Source: an uncultured cyanobacterium
Lineage (GTDB): Bacteria > Cyanobacteriota > Cyanobacteriia > Phormidesmidales > Phormidesmidaceae
Direction: 5' to 3'
Assembly: GCA_963793265.1 (NCBI GenBank)
Contig: CAWBZI010000006.1
Coordinates: 544,001-608,000 of the forward strand
DNA: 64,000 nt
Shown: one piece after another, positions 29,176 through 39,549 of the stretch
Position numbering within the stretch: the first letter of the stretch is position 1
How the letters are laid out: every line of letters begins with the position of its first letter
Position numbers and translations under genes: made by a program
Notes under the pieces: model-generated
The model's database searches: none
What the model was told of the DNA's origin: nothing
Seen by the model: only the letters and a program-made list of their open reading frames with translations

Positions 29176-31413
29176 CTATACATAGTCGAAAGAACCGCCA
29201 GTCAACGAGCTTAGCTCCTTGCCATCAATAAGCGCAATGAGTTCAAACTGCCCCCCTTGTGCGAGTAAAAGTGTCTTCTCGTTCTTATCGCTGCCGCTGC
29301 CCAAGGCATACATAGAAGCATCTCCTTTGAGCTGAATAACGTCACCTTTTTTGCCATCAAACTTACTGATATAGGCATAGTCATAAAGACCAGCACTATT
29401 GACGTCACCATCGTCGTAAAAGACCTGATTGGCATCCCCTAAAACATAGCGATCGCCGTCTTTACCTATCAGCTCATCAATCTCACCGCGTCCGGCGAAC
29501 GGCTGCGTAGGATCAACGCCAATGAGGATGTCGTTGCCCTTACCCGCTTTGAGTTCATCTTTACCGGTGCCCCCAACCAGTAAATTGTCGCCTTCTTTTG
29601 CTTCTAGCTTATCGTTGCCTGCGCCGCCATAGAGCCGGTTGTTGCCTTTTTCAGCCTTAAGCTCGTCATTTCCCGCACCGCCGTCCAGCAGATTATTGCC
29701 TTCTTTTGCTTCTAGCTTATCGTTGCCCGCTTCGCCATAGAGAAAGTTGTTGCCCTGATCGTCTTTGAGTTCATCATCGCCATCACCGCCAAAAAGAGAA
29801 TCGTCTCCTTTCTTACCCTCTAACTTGTCTTCACCGCCCCCGCCACGAATAAAATCAGCACCATCCGTTCCCTTCAGCTTATCTTTACCGTCTTGCCCCT
29901 GAATGATTGGCCCTACGTCATAGACTGTAGTGGTTCCACTAATTTCTTGGGCGGCAACTAGCAAGGGCCGTCCCGTTGGACTATCTGCCGCTGAAACAAA
30001 GGTTAATCCCTCTGGGGAAACATCGCCTACTGCCGGATTGACCGAACCATCCGGCAGCATAATCGGCACCTCAAAATTACGGTCATTAATATACTGCTCA
30101 AAATGGGGCTTGCGAGGATTGGTGATGTCGTAAACAACAATTCCGCTGGTGCGCTCTAACCCAATAAAGGCAAACGTTTTACCGCCCACCTGTCCAATCG
30201 CTAAGGCTTCAGGCTCCGGGCCTTTGTCATCGCTGCGATCGTCAAAAGCGTTCTCCTCATCATCGGAGTTAAAGCCACCTGGCACCTGCGCTGCTGTGAT
30301 TTGCTCTAGCGCATCGCCACTGTCAAAAATCAGGTTGCCATCTTCATCCCAAATCGAAAAGGAGCGCCCGCCATAGGCGTAAAGCTCGTCATAGTCACCG
30401 TCGCCATCAGTATCACCTAACGTTGTTGTTACCTTTAATCGACCCAAATTTTCATCTCTTTGAAGCTCGGCGGCGTTGGGGAAAGCAACCGGATCTAGAA
30501 CCAGATCGCCCACTCGCGCTTCTTCACTAAAGCCGCTGTAGTCGCGGGCATCTCCTTCATTTGCGGTGACCAAGTAAGTCTGACCATTGGCGCGGTATGT
30601 GGCAATTGTATCTGGCTGATAAAGGCCAAACACCGGGACAGGGCGAATGTTGATGCCACCGTCTTCATTGCTTGGATCGATTCCATTACCGGGTAGAGAA
30701 TAGTCTTTGAGGCCCAGTGGCAAAAGCTCTACTTGGCCGCTTGCCAAATCGATTTTGGCAAGCGCGTTGTTCTCTTGGAGGGTCACCCAGGCTGTTTTAG
30801 AGTCTGGCGTGATCGCAACAAACTCGGGCTCCAAATCTTGAGAAACGCTAGCACCTGGCCCAAATATACGAATGCCTTGGTCAATGAGCATCTGCTTGTC
30901 AAACTGGTCGAAAGACACCAACAATACATTTTGCTGAGTGAGCTGGCCGACTCCGCCTGAAAGGTCAATAATGCTCACCGAGCCTTCCGCATCAACCGTG
31001 TAGTCATCACTAGGTTCACCCTCATTAGCTACAACCACCCTTTGACCATCGGGGGTAAACGTCAGTGCATCGGGTAGTGCACCGACTTCAACAGAACTTA
31101 TTAAGTTGCCATCTGTATCGAAAAAGACGACCGTTCCAGGGTCTTGCTTTACCTCGGCTTCGACTGCGACGGCAACGATGCCATTTTTGACAGCAACACT
31201 GTTAACACCGCCGCCAAATGCATTGAGCGCAATCGCATTAACTTTGGTCGGATTATTCGGATTAGAAACATCTATCACGTCTATTGTGAAATCTGCTCCG
31301 TTGGTCACAAACAATCGGTCAGAAGTTGGATCAAAAGCAACAATCTCAGCGGCACTTTCAGCGAAGATACCCGTCGCATAAGTACCTAGTTTATTCAGTT
31401 GAGCAGTAGACAT
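29176..31413 (-). CDS. Alkaline-phosphatase-like (choice-of-anchor I type) beta-propeller protein with RTX Ca-binding repeats
   Basis: VANEGEP, DLEPE, LQENNA, TANEGD, RSDDKGPEPE and IGLER motifs; GGxGxD repeats; no signal peptide. Confidence 0.85.
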   Translation of the reverse strand: MSTAQLNKLGTYATGIFAESAAEIVAFDPTSDRLFVTNGADFTIDVIDVSNPNNPTKVNAIALNAFGGGVNSVAVKNGIVAVAVEAEVKQDPGTVVFFDTDGNLISSVEVGALPDALTFTPDGQRVVVANEGEPSDDYTVDAEGSVSIIDLSGGVGQLTQQNVLLVSFDQFDKQMLIDQGIRIFGPGASVSQDLEPEFVAITPDSKTAWVTLQENNALAKIDLASGQVELLPLGLKDYSLPGNGIDPSNEDGGINIRPVPVFGLYQPDTIATYRANGQTYLVTANEGDARDYSGFSEEARVGDLVLDPVAFPNAAELQRDENLGRLKVTTTLGDTDGDGDYDELYAYGGRSFSIWDEDGNLIFDSGDALEQITAAQVPGGFNSDDEENAFDDRSDDKGPEPEALAIGQVGGKTFAFIGLERTSGIVVYDITNPRKPHFEQYINDRNFEVPIMLPDGSVNPAVGDVSPEGLTFVSAADSPTGRPLLVAAQEISGTTTVYDVGPIIQGQDGKDKLKGTDGADFIRGGGGEDKLEGKKGDDSLFGGDGDDELKDDQGNNFLYGEAGNDKLEAKEGNNLLDGGAGNDELKAEKGNNRLYGGAGNDKLEAKEGDNLLVGGTGKDELKAGKGNDILIGVDPTQPFAGRGEIDELIGKDGDRYVLGDANQVFYDDGDVNSAGLYDYAYISKFDGKKGDVIQLKGDASMYALGSGSDKNEKTLLLAQGGQFELIALIDGKELSSLTGGSFDYV

Positions 31414-31989
31414 CGATTAGGAACATCCTTTTGTAAGCACGTAAGCAAGCAGCCCAAAGGCTGAGAGATGCCACCCATATATGAAAGACTCAGATTTAGA
31501 CGCTTTTATCTATACATACGAGATATACGTATTAAAAATGTAGGAACCGGAAATAGGAATAATAAACTTATGTGTACCTGAAGTCTTTCGTCCCTAAGAT
31601 TGCTTGCTTGGCATCGAAACGGATGGCCGCTGTCGCGGTTGAAACTGGATATTTTTGTCAGCTTTTAGATAGGTCTATTGTGAAGCAAAGCAGTCTTAGA
31701 GTCAGATTTTATATTTTTTTGAGATGCTAGCACTTTATTTATGCATAAATAAAGCTATATTGACAGAGATCACAATATCCGTGAAAGTAACTACATTAAA
31801 TTAAGGTATTTTTACAGCGCTTCAAACAAAAGGCGTTTTACTCACTACCCGTAGATGCTGTCCTATCCACCGAACAAGTAGAGAAGCTTCTAGTAGCTTC
31901 GATTTATACGACTAATATAAAACCTCCGCGCTGATCACCTTATTTGTCTGCTTTATTTGTCTTTAGTTAAATAAGTTCACGTCACTATT

Positions 31990-32940
31990 ATGTTGCTGCG
32001 AAACCGTTTCACCTATCTGTCTTTATTAGGAGTGCTGGCGCTTACGACAGGCTGCAACACCAGTCGAATTGAACGTATATTTGTACCCTCAACTGCTGCG
32101 GGCGGCGATGGTGTCATTATTCTGACGGATGTAGACTTTGATCCGGCGTCTCTGATTCCTGAAACTCAGCCCGTAGCCGACTACTTGGGCCAAAAGCTCG
32201 GAAGAGCAGGTATTTCTAGTGGAAAGGTGGATATTGCGCCCGATGTAGAAACGGTCGTCCAATGGATGAAGTCAGGCAAAGTTAACCTATACTTTGACAG
32301 CGTTTATCCTGCCCTTACTGTTATGAAGGCATCAGGTGCTACGCCTATTTTGCGCCGTTGGAAAGATGGTGTGCCCGAATACAGTACCTATATTGTGACG
32401 CGCCAAGACAGCAACATTGAAGCGCTAGCCGATCTCAATGGCCAAATGATCACTTTGCAAGAGCCCAGCTCTAGCTCAGGGTTTATGTTTCCGATGGTGT
32501 ATTTGCTAGAAGCGGGATTCAACCCTCAACAGAAAGCTGAAGTCAATCAGGGCGTTGCAACAGATGAAATCGGCTATGTCTTTTCTGGACAAGAGGAGGT
32601 TACAGCCGCCTGGGTTTTAGAAGGTAGGGTGGCTGCTGGGGCAATCGATAGCGAAACCTGGACAGAGCTATCGGAAAATGAGCGATCGCAGCTCAAGATT
32701 GTTGCAGAAACAGATGCTTTTCCACGACATGTCGTGCTAGCTGGGCCAGCGTTAGAGCCCAATCAAATAAAGATTTTGAAAAGCGCTTTGACTGTCATGA
32801 ATGAGTCTAAGCAAGGGCGAGCAGCGCTAGAAGCGTTTAGTGAAACCTCTCAGTTTGACGAATTTCCAGAAGGCGGAGAGGCCGCGATCGCCAGATTAGA
32901 GTCTTCATACAATCTGCTACAGGCACATCTAGCTAAATAG
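31990..32940 (+). CDS. PhnD-like phosphate/phosphonate-binding lipoprotein
   Basis: Lipobox LTTGC; YSTYIVTR; SSSSGFMFP; VLEGRVAAGA. Confidence 0.85.
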   Translation: MLLRNRFTYLSLLGVLALTTGCNTSRIERIFVPSTAAGGDGVIILTDVDFDPASLIPETQPVADYLGQKLGRAGISSGKVDIAPDVETVVQWMKSGKVNLYFDSVYPALTVMKASGATPILRRWKDGVPEYSTYIVTRQDSNIEALADLNGQMITLQEPSSSSGFMFPMVYLLEAGFNPQQKAEVNQGVATDEIGYVFSGQEEVTAAWVLEGRVAAGAIDSETWTELSENERSQLKIVAETDAFPRHVVLAGPALEPNQIKILKSALTVMNESKQGRAALEAFSETSQFDEFPEGGEAAIARLESSYNLLQAHLAK

Positions 32941-32990
32941 CTTGAATGGATTGAGTTCCACCCCCGTGTCAGAAAAATATTAGAAAAATT

Positions 32991-35900
32991 ATGCAAATCG
33001 TTCCTTCTGATCTTCCTGAGTTGAATCTGACTGATGATTCTGATTTCGCTGCCGATCAAGAATTGCCGAGAGAGCCTTTGCCCAAAAGTGACGATAGCCA
33101 CTATATGGATAGCAGCACAGATAGCAGCGCCGACGCTATAGAGAAGGACGGGCGTTCGGGGACAAAGCTCAGGACAAGACTGCTCCAAACACTGCTGCCA
33201 GCCGTTTTACTGCCGCTAATGCTGGCGAGTTTTGCAGGCTACCGGGTGATTGCCCAGCGCAGTGAAGCGCGCATTCAAGAGCAGCTAAAAAATCAGGCTT
33301 TGCTCGCCAGCGAAGGCACCACAGCCGTTTTGGATGACCTGCTCGACTTACCCAGATCGATTGCCGATAGTCCGCTGGTGATCAACGAGGCCAGATCGGG
33401 TAGTAGAGAAGCCGAAGTGGCAGGGCTGACGGATATGTCGGTAGAAGAGATAGAAGCTGAATTTGCCGATACCAAATTGTTGCGATCGCACGACGCTTTA
33501 AACACCTATCTAAGCCAAACGGTCGAAACCGCCGAGATTGCAGAAATTTTGGTGACAGATAGTCATGGATTCAATGTGGCCTACTCGCGCCCAGTGGCCG
33601 ATATGGTGCAGAGCGATGAAGCCTGGTGGCAAAACGGAAAAGCCAATCAGCAGTGGATCGGCCCGCCTGACTTTGACTTCGCCTCCAAAGGGTTCATGGT
33701 AGAGCTGGCTCAGGCCATCTACGATCCACAGAATGACAATAGCTTTGTAGGCGTTATCAGAACCGTTTTGCCGACCCGCAAATTTAGCCTGCTAGCGAAT
33801 ACGCTCCAAAGAACCGGCATCACAGACTCGCAGCGTGTGCAGCTAGTCGATGGAGACAAGCTCAGCACAATCGATACGTTCTCAGCCCAAGGTTTTCATA
33901 AAGATCGCACTATTATTGGCGGAGAAGTCGTTGAGCAGTTTATCAGTACTTTTGTTAGCGCAATACAAGCTGGCGCTGGCGTTAATATTGACACTGAAAG
34001 CGCACAGCTCGCGCAGCCGCCTAAAGGCGAAGAAATACTTGCAGCGATCCAAAGCGTCAGAACACAGCAGAGCGCTATCCGAGACATCACGTTGCCGGTA
34101 GCCGATGAAGAAATTGTAGTGGCCTCGTTTGCTTACGAGGATCGGCAGTATAAAATTGCCAATATTGCCTCTTCCAACTGGGTGGCAATTTCCTCGATGG
34201 ACAACAGCGAAATCTCCGCAGCCGGGCGTGATTCGCTTTTCTTTTTCAGCTTAATTACCTTACTATTGGGCACGATCATTACCGGGCTGATCTTCGGGCT
34301 ATCTCGCCAGCTATCTCACCCTATTAGCCGTCTTACGGAGCAGGCCAAAGTAGCGGCAGACGGAAACCTGGATATAGCAGTCGAGCCCATGGGTACTGCT
34401 GAGACACGCGTTTTAACGCAGACCTTCAATCAACTGATTGCGCAGGTTAAAGGGCTCATTGAGTCTCAGAGCACCGAGACTCAAAAAGTCCAGCTATTTG
34501 CAGATATTACCAGCGCGCCTATTACCGATCGTGCAGAAGTTTCAGCGCTGCTTGATCGAATTTTGCCGACGGCTCGCGGCATTTTGGGCGTAGATAGACT
34601 AGCGTTCTTCCAGGTACCACACACAGATAACCCACAAGATGTTAACGATTGGAACAATCACGAGTGGCGTCACTATGCATTGCAAGGACAGGTTGCTTCT
34701 GAGTCAGTATCGTCTATCCTACCGGCGGTTGGCAGCTATTCAGAAGGAGCCCGCTGGCTACCGGCTACCACGCGGCGTCATTCGGAACAGCAGCCCCCGA
34801 CCTTCGTCTTTAGCTCACGCCTTGATCCAGCGATTGACGCCGAGCATCGAGCGTTCTTAGAGCACAGCCAGGTTAAATCTAGTCTGAACATGCCCGTCTT
34901 CTATGACATCAGCACCCCAGCCTCAGACCAGCCTAAGCGAGTGCTTTGGGGCTATTTAATTGCCCACTCTCAAAGCGATCGCCCCTGGCAATCTTCAGAC
35001 ATTCGTTTTCTAGAGCGGCTAGCGCTTCAGCTCAAACGCGTGCTTGATCGAATAGCGGCTGTTGCCAGCATCGAAACTTCGTATCAGGCTGTCAGGCGAT
35101 CTCAGCAAGAAACAGAGGTGGTTACCCGTGCAAGCCAGCGGCAAAGCGAAAGCCAGCGTTTGCACAATGAGCAGCTCAAGCAGCAAGTGCATGCGCTGAG
35201 TGAAGATATTTCCGGTGTTTTTCAGGGAGATCTGACCGTTCGTGCCAGCGTTAGTCATGGGGATTTAAAGACCGTCGCAGACGTATTCAATATGACGGTG
35301 GCGAAGCTAGAGGAACTGGTCGATCAGGTAAAGGGCTCAACTGCTGAGATTGACGACTTTTTGAGTCAGAACGAGCGGTCAGCTTTGCAGCTTGCTAGGC
35401 TGACATTGCAGCAAAGTCAAGACGCTGTTCAGACGCTAGAGAAAATACAGGCTGTCGCCCACTCGATGGACAGCGTTGTCACACAGGCCCATGATGCAGC
35501 AGGATCTGCCCATCAGGTAGGCGATCGCGCTCAGGCCGGTAAAGCCGCCATTGACCAGGCTGCAACAAAGATTCAGGCGCTTAGCGACATATCAAGCGAT
35601 GCTATCTCTCAAATCGATCATCTGAGCCGGGCCTCAAACAATGTCTCTTATATGGTCGAAATGACTGCTGGCATTGCGGCTGATATGCAAAAGCTGGCAA
35701 GTCAGACCGCTGATAGCGTAGCCGTTTGGGCTGCTAGAGGAGAGATAGAAGCGGCCCAGCAGGCGTCGCTCGCTAGGACAATACAAGAGATGGATAAGCT
35801 CGCAGAACGGTCTGATTCAGAGGCTATGCTCATCGATACTTTCTTGAACGCTGTTGGCAAAACCGCTCAGCAAGTGACCAAAGCGATTGAACGTATTAAT

Positions 35901-36185
35901 CAGGAAGTTGCCCACAGCAACCAGACCATGCAGGCTTCTCAAGCCAGCCTAAACGAAGTACTCACGGCTGCCGAGCAGTATGAGCAGCTAGCCCGGTCGG
36001 TATCTGAGGCAACGCAGGCGCAATCTCACGTTTCTCAGACGGCCTCTGAGCTAGTAGCTACTATTGTTGGACTCTCAGAGCAGACCTCTCAATTTTCTCA
36101 AGAGATTGCGCGATCGCTCCAGAACACCGCGACGACAGCCCACGAACTACGCTCATCTGTTGAGTTCTTTAAGGTCAAGTCTTAG
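32991..36185 (+). CDS. Methyl-accepting chemotaxis-like protein (Cache-HAMP-GAF-HAMP-MA), degenerate
   Basis: VQSDEAWWQ Cache motif, HAMP, GAF, GDLTVRA..VADVFN HAMP, and an MA-type coil ending LRSSVEFFKV. Confidence 0.85.
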   Translation: MQIVPSDLPELNLTDDSDFAADQELPREPLPKSDDSHYMDSSTDSSADAIEKDGRSGTKLRTRLLQTLLPAVLLPLMLASFAGYRVIAQRSEARIQEQLKNQALLASEGTTAVLDDLLDLPRSIADSPLVINEARSGSREAEVAGLTDMSVEEIEAEFADTKLLRSHDALNTYLSQTVETAEIAEILVTDSHGFNVAYSRPVADMVQSDEAWWQNGKANQQWIGPPDFDFASKGFMVELAQAIYDPQNDNSFVGVIRTVLPTRKFSLLANTLQRTGITDSQRVQLVDGDKLSTIDTFSAQGFHKDRTIIGGEVVEQFISTFVSAIQAGAGVNIDTESAQLAQPPKGEEILAAIQSVRTQQSAIRDITLPVADEEIVVASFAYEDRQYKIANIASSNWVAISSMDNSEISAAGRDSLFFFSLITLLLGTIITGLIFGLSRQLSHPISRLTEQAKVAADGNLDIAVEPMGTAETRVLTQTFNQLIAQVKGLIESQSTETQKVQLFADITSAPITDRAEVSALLDRILPTARGILGVDRLAFFQVPHTDNPQDVNDWNNHEWRHYALQGQVASESVSSILPAVGSYSEGARWLPATTRRHSEQQPPTFVFSSRLDPAIDAEHRAFLEHSQVKSSLNMPVFYDISTPASDQPKRVLWGYLIAHSQSDRPWQSSDIRFLERLALQLKRVLDRIAAVASIETSYQAVRRSQQETEVVTRASQRQSESQRLHNEQLKQQVHALSEDISGVFQGDLTVRASVSHGDLKTVADVFNMTVAKLEELVDQVKGSTAEIDDFLSQNERSALQLARLTLQQSQDAVQTLEKIQAVAHSMDSVVTQAHDAAGSAHQVGDRAQAGKAAIDQAATKIQALSDISSDAISQIDHLSRASNNVSYMVEMTAGIAADMQKLASQTADSVAVWAARGEIEAAQQASLARTIQEMDKLAERSDSEAMLIDTFLNAVGKTAQQVTKAIERINQEVAHSNQTMQASQASLNEVLTAAEQYEQLARSVSEATQAQSHVSQTASELVATIVGLSEQTSQFSQEIARSLQNTATTAHELRSSVEFFKVKS

Positions 36186-36221
36186 CGCTGAAATTCAGCT
36201 TGTGCATCCATCCATAGTTGC

Positions 36222-37310
36222 CTATCCCATAGTCGCAATCATCGCTTTTAGCACCTCGCAGCAGTTGCGAATCGCACCCAAATGCGCAATCTCATAGCCG
36301 TGCGTATTTTGTGTTGGAAAGGCCAAACACGCGCCTCTAGCCACATGCCCAAACTTCATCGCAATCGAAGCGTCGCTGCCAAAGCCGCTAATCGCCGCCA
36401 CCTGCAAAGGAATGTCTATGCCTTGGGCCGCTGTTAAAATCTCACGGTTTAGCCCTTCATCATAAAGGCCATAGCTATCTTGAGAAAACAGCGCAGGCAG
36501 CGGGCCATCTACCAGCGGATATTCCGTTGAAAGGGGACAAATTTCTAACGCAATCACATCGTCAAGCTGCTGCCGCTGCGTAAAGTACAGCGCCCCGATT
36601 GCACCGACTTCTTCTTTAGCCGATGCGACCAAATACACGTCAACGGGCGGCGCTTTTACCTGTTCAGCTAAGGCAATTAAAATCGCCAGCGACGCTTTGT
36701 TATCCAATGTGTAGCTCGCAATATGATCGCCTAGTCGAAACGGTCTTTTGCGGTGTTTGCCCACCACCATCCTGGTACCAGGGCGAACGCCAATTGCCTG
36801 TAGCTGCTCAGTCGAAAGCTTTGTTTCTACCCAGGCATCTTTCCACGCCACCGCCTGCCCTTCTTGCTGAACCTTTTGGGGCGACTCGTGAGAAACATGG
36901 CGCGAGCCAAAGCTCAAAACGCCGCTAATTGTGAAATAGTCACCGATAAGATCAACAATGCCTTCGCCATATACCCACGGATAGGCTCCGCCCAGCGGAC
37001 GCACCGACAGGCGACCATCAGCTTCCACACGCTTCACAATGCCGCCGATTTCATCTTTGTGCGCTGTGATTGCCAGGCTTCGTCGCTGCTGAGGATTCTT
37101 AGCGTTTGAAGTGCTTTCGTTAGCACCTGGAATCTTTACAACAATGTTGTCTGCGGCATCTTGCCAGTACTCTACGCCTAGCGAAGTGAAGCGATCGCAC
37201 AAAAACCGATTCACCTCATCCTCCACACCACTAGGAGAATGCAGCATTACCAGCTCAGCGATCGCATAAAAAAAGCGATCCTCATTCCAACTCTCAACTC
37301 TATCAACCAC
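36222..37310 (-). CDS. M42 family metallopeptidase
   Basis: SPSGVE, AHKDEIG, LDNK, EEVG and TH metal-ligand motifs. Confidence 0.9.
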   Translation of the reverse strand: MVDRVESWNEDRFFYAIAELVMLHSPSGVEDEVNRFLCDRFTSLGVEYWQDAADNIVVKIPGANESTSNAKNPQQRRSLAITAHKDEIGGIVKRVEADGRLSVRPLGGAYPWVYGEGIVDLIGDYFTISGVLSFGSRHVSHESPQKVQQEGQAVAWKDAWVETKLSTEQLQAIGVRPGTRMVVGKHRKRPFRLGDHIASYTLDNKASLAILIALAEQVKAPPVDVYLVASAKEEVGAIGALYFTQRQQLDDVIALEICPLSTEYPLVDGPLPALFSQDSYGLYDEGLNREILTAAQGIDIPLQVAAISGFGSDASIAMKFGHVARGACLAFPTQNTHGYEIAHLGAIRNCCEVLKAMIATMG

Positions 37311-37316
37311 GCTTAA

Positions 37317-38486
37317 TCAACCACCTTCTGGCGCATCAGCATCCGGCTTAGGCAGCGCACTGCTAGTTCCACGAACCTCTTCTGCGGTAATCCCTTCAGT
37401 CGAATTTCCATAACGCCACAGCACCGCCGCCGCCTCAGCACGAGTAGCCGCTTTATCGGGCTGAAAAAGCGTCGTGTAGCCAAAAGCCCGCCGAATATTA
37501 GCAAAATCACCGTTTTGATAGTCCGCTAGCACGGCCTGCAAAGCCCGAGCCTCAATTCTGTTTGCATCTTGAAACCCCCAAGCCTGCTCAACCGCAGTTG
37601 GGGTCGCCTGTGGCAAAGGCTGGCGCGTATCTAAAGGCACTTTCCACAGCAGCAAATCCTTACGCGTCAGCGGCGCATCGGGGCGAAAGGTGAGCGTGGT
37701 GCTGCTGCCCGTAAGCGGACTTGGGATAATGCCTGCCTCAGCTAAGCCTTGAATGGCATCGAAGTCAGGATCGTCTGCTTTAACATCTTGAAAGACGGGC
37801 GTGCTGCTGGTGACCCCTGGGCGAATTTTGCGGGTGCGAACGCCTGCGTAAAACTTGTTGTTAGTTGCCAATAGCCAGCGCGCATATTCTCGCCGCGTAA
37901 TCGCCCGATTCGGTCGAAATTCACCGGGCCCCGGAATATCGGGTGGCGTAGTTTTTGTTGTATCGTCACTATCAGAATCATCGCCTGCGCCACTAGCCGA
38001 GCTGCTAGGCGCAGCGGGCGGGCGAACTTTTAGCAAATCTAGATCGATCAAGTCAATTAGATAGGGCTGAATTTCTTCAGGCGCTTTCCCTAAGTCTGTA
38101 TAGTCACCTGCGATCGCCACTACCGGCGGTGATGGCTCTGCGGGAATCGTTTTTGAGGGTTCAGCAGGCTCATCTTTAGCAGGTGTCTCAGCTTCAGAAG
38201 TCGCGGCCTCAGGGGCAGACTCAACTGTTTCAACGTCTGATACTGCCTCTTGGGCAAGCTGCGGATCGGGCTCCAGGCTTCTGCCAAGAGTGCTTCCTAA
38301 TCTGCTACCCGAGCAGCCTGCGGTAAATAGTAAGACGGTGAGTAGGGAGAGATTTGCGATCGCCTGTCCTCCTCTGCCGTTCAAAAGAGGATGTCTTAAA
38401 AAAAAGCGATTAGTTAAAGCAGATCGAGTCATCACTAGCGCCAGAACAAAAAGCGAACGTAGGATTGAATGCACAAGCACTTTCAA
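37317..38486 (-). CDS. S-layer homology (SLH) domain lipoprotein; start probably downstream of 38486
   Basis: FRPNRAITRREY, FRPDAPLTR and FQPDKAATRAE SLH motifs; lipobox FTAGC. Confidence 0.85.
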   Translation of the reverse strand: MKVLVHSILRSLFVLALVMTRSALTNRFFLRHPLLNGRGGQAIANLSLLTVLLFTAGCSGSRLGSTLGRSLEPDPQLAQEAVSDVETVESAPEAATSEAETPAKDEPAEPSKTIPAEPSPPVVAIAGDYTDLGKAPEEIQPYLIDLIDLDLLKVRPPAAPSSSASGAGDDSDSDDTTKTTPPDIPGPGEFRPNRAITRREYARWLLATNNKFYAGVRTRKIRPGVTSSTPVFQDVKADDPDFDAIQGLAEAGIIPSPLTGSSTTLTFRPDAPLTRKDLLLWKVPLDTRQPLPQATPTAVEQAWGFQDANRIEARALQAVLADYQNGDFANIRRAFGYTTLFQPDKAATRAEAAAVLWRYGNSTEGITAEEVRGTSSALPKPDADAPEGG

Positions 38487-38576
38487 TGCTGCGTACTAAG
38501 CTATCGTACAACGGCCCCAATTGTGCGCTACATAAAGCCAGCCGCAAAACTTTGCCCCTCGCCTCCTATATTTTCT

Positions 38577-39503
38577 ATGACAAGCGCCCTGATTATTGAC
38601 TGCGATCCCGGTGTTGATGACGCGATCGCCCTTCTCCTAGCTTTTGCCACCAACCTCCCTATCCTCGGTATCACCACCGTGGCAGGCAACGTCCCGCTCA
38701 CCCTCACTGCCACCAACGCTCGCAAAATCTGCACACTTGCAAATCGCTCAGACACACCCGTATTCGCAGGCTGCCCCCGCCCCCTAATCAGACCCCTTGC
38801 CACCGCCGAAGAGGTTCACGGAGCCACTGGCTTACAGGGCGCAGACTTTCCCGAACCGACCGTGCCCCTACAGTCACAACACAGCGTCGATTTCATTATC
38901 GAACAGCTCCTAAACGCCTCATCGCCTATCACTCTCGCCGCGCTTGGCCCGCTGACCAACATCGCTGTCGCCCTGATCAAATGCCCTCAAATTGCTGAAA
39001 AGATAGATCAGCTCGTGATCATGGGCGGCACAATGGGCCAAGGCAACATTACGCCCGCCGCTGAATTCAACATGTACGTGGATCCTCACGCGGCCCAGGT
39101 CGTATTCTCCGCCGACATTCCCACCGTCTTAATCGGCCTAGATATCACCCACCAAGTCCTCACCACCCCCGAACGCCTCGCCGCCATTCGCGCCATCGGC
39201 AACCCGGTTAGCGAAGCCGCCGCCGGAATGCTCTCCTTTTACGGCCAAAGCGACCTCGATCGCTACGGTTTACCCGGCGGGCCGCTACACGATCCCTGCG
39301 TTATCGCCTACTTGCTTAAGCCCGAACTCTTCACCGCCCGCACCGTCAATGTAGTGGTAGAAACCACCGGAGAACACACCATGGGGCGCACGGTGATGGA
39401 CTGGTATGGCGGCGCGACGGGCACCTGCATTCAGGTCGTAGAAAGCGTGGACGCTGACGGTTTTTATGCGCTGCTCACAAAAGCGCTGGCAGCCTTTTCG
39501 TAG
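38577..39503 (+). CDS. Inosine/uridine-preferring nucleoside hydrolase
   Basis: DCDPGVDD, GPLTN, AEFN..DP and LHDP motifs. Confidence 0.93.
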   Translation: MTSALIIDCDPGVDDAIALLLAFATNLPILGITTVAGNVPLTLTATNARKICTLANRSDTPVFAGCPRPLIRPLATAEEVHGATGLQGADFPEPTVPLQSQHSVDFIIEQLLNASSPITLAALGPLTNIAVALIKCPQIAEKIDQLVIMGGTMGQGNITPAAEFNMYVDPHAAQVVFSADIPTVLIGLDITHQVLTTPERLAAIRAIGNPVSEAAAGMLSFYGQSDLDRYGLPGGPLHDPCVIAYLLKPELFTARTVNVVVETTGEHTMGRTVMDWYGGATGTCIQVVESVDADGFYALLTKALAAFS

Positions 39504-39549
39504 GCCGTGTTATAGAATTAGGCCATTGATTTAAACGGCCTGACGAGCT

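Noticed and set aside
29520..29890. Periodic repeats that could be mistaken for a CRISPR or other array
   Set aside because: They are in-frame RTX (GGxGxD) coding repeats without unique spacers.
31575..31615. GGGACGAAAG segment resembling a c-di-GMP-I riboswitch upstream of the phosphatase-like gene
   Set aside because: I could not build the required P1/P2 stems or the GNRA loop; an Infernal/Rfam scan would settle it.
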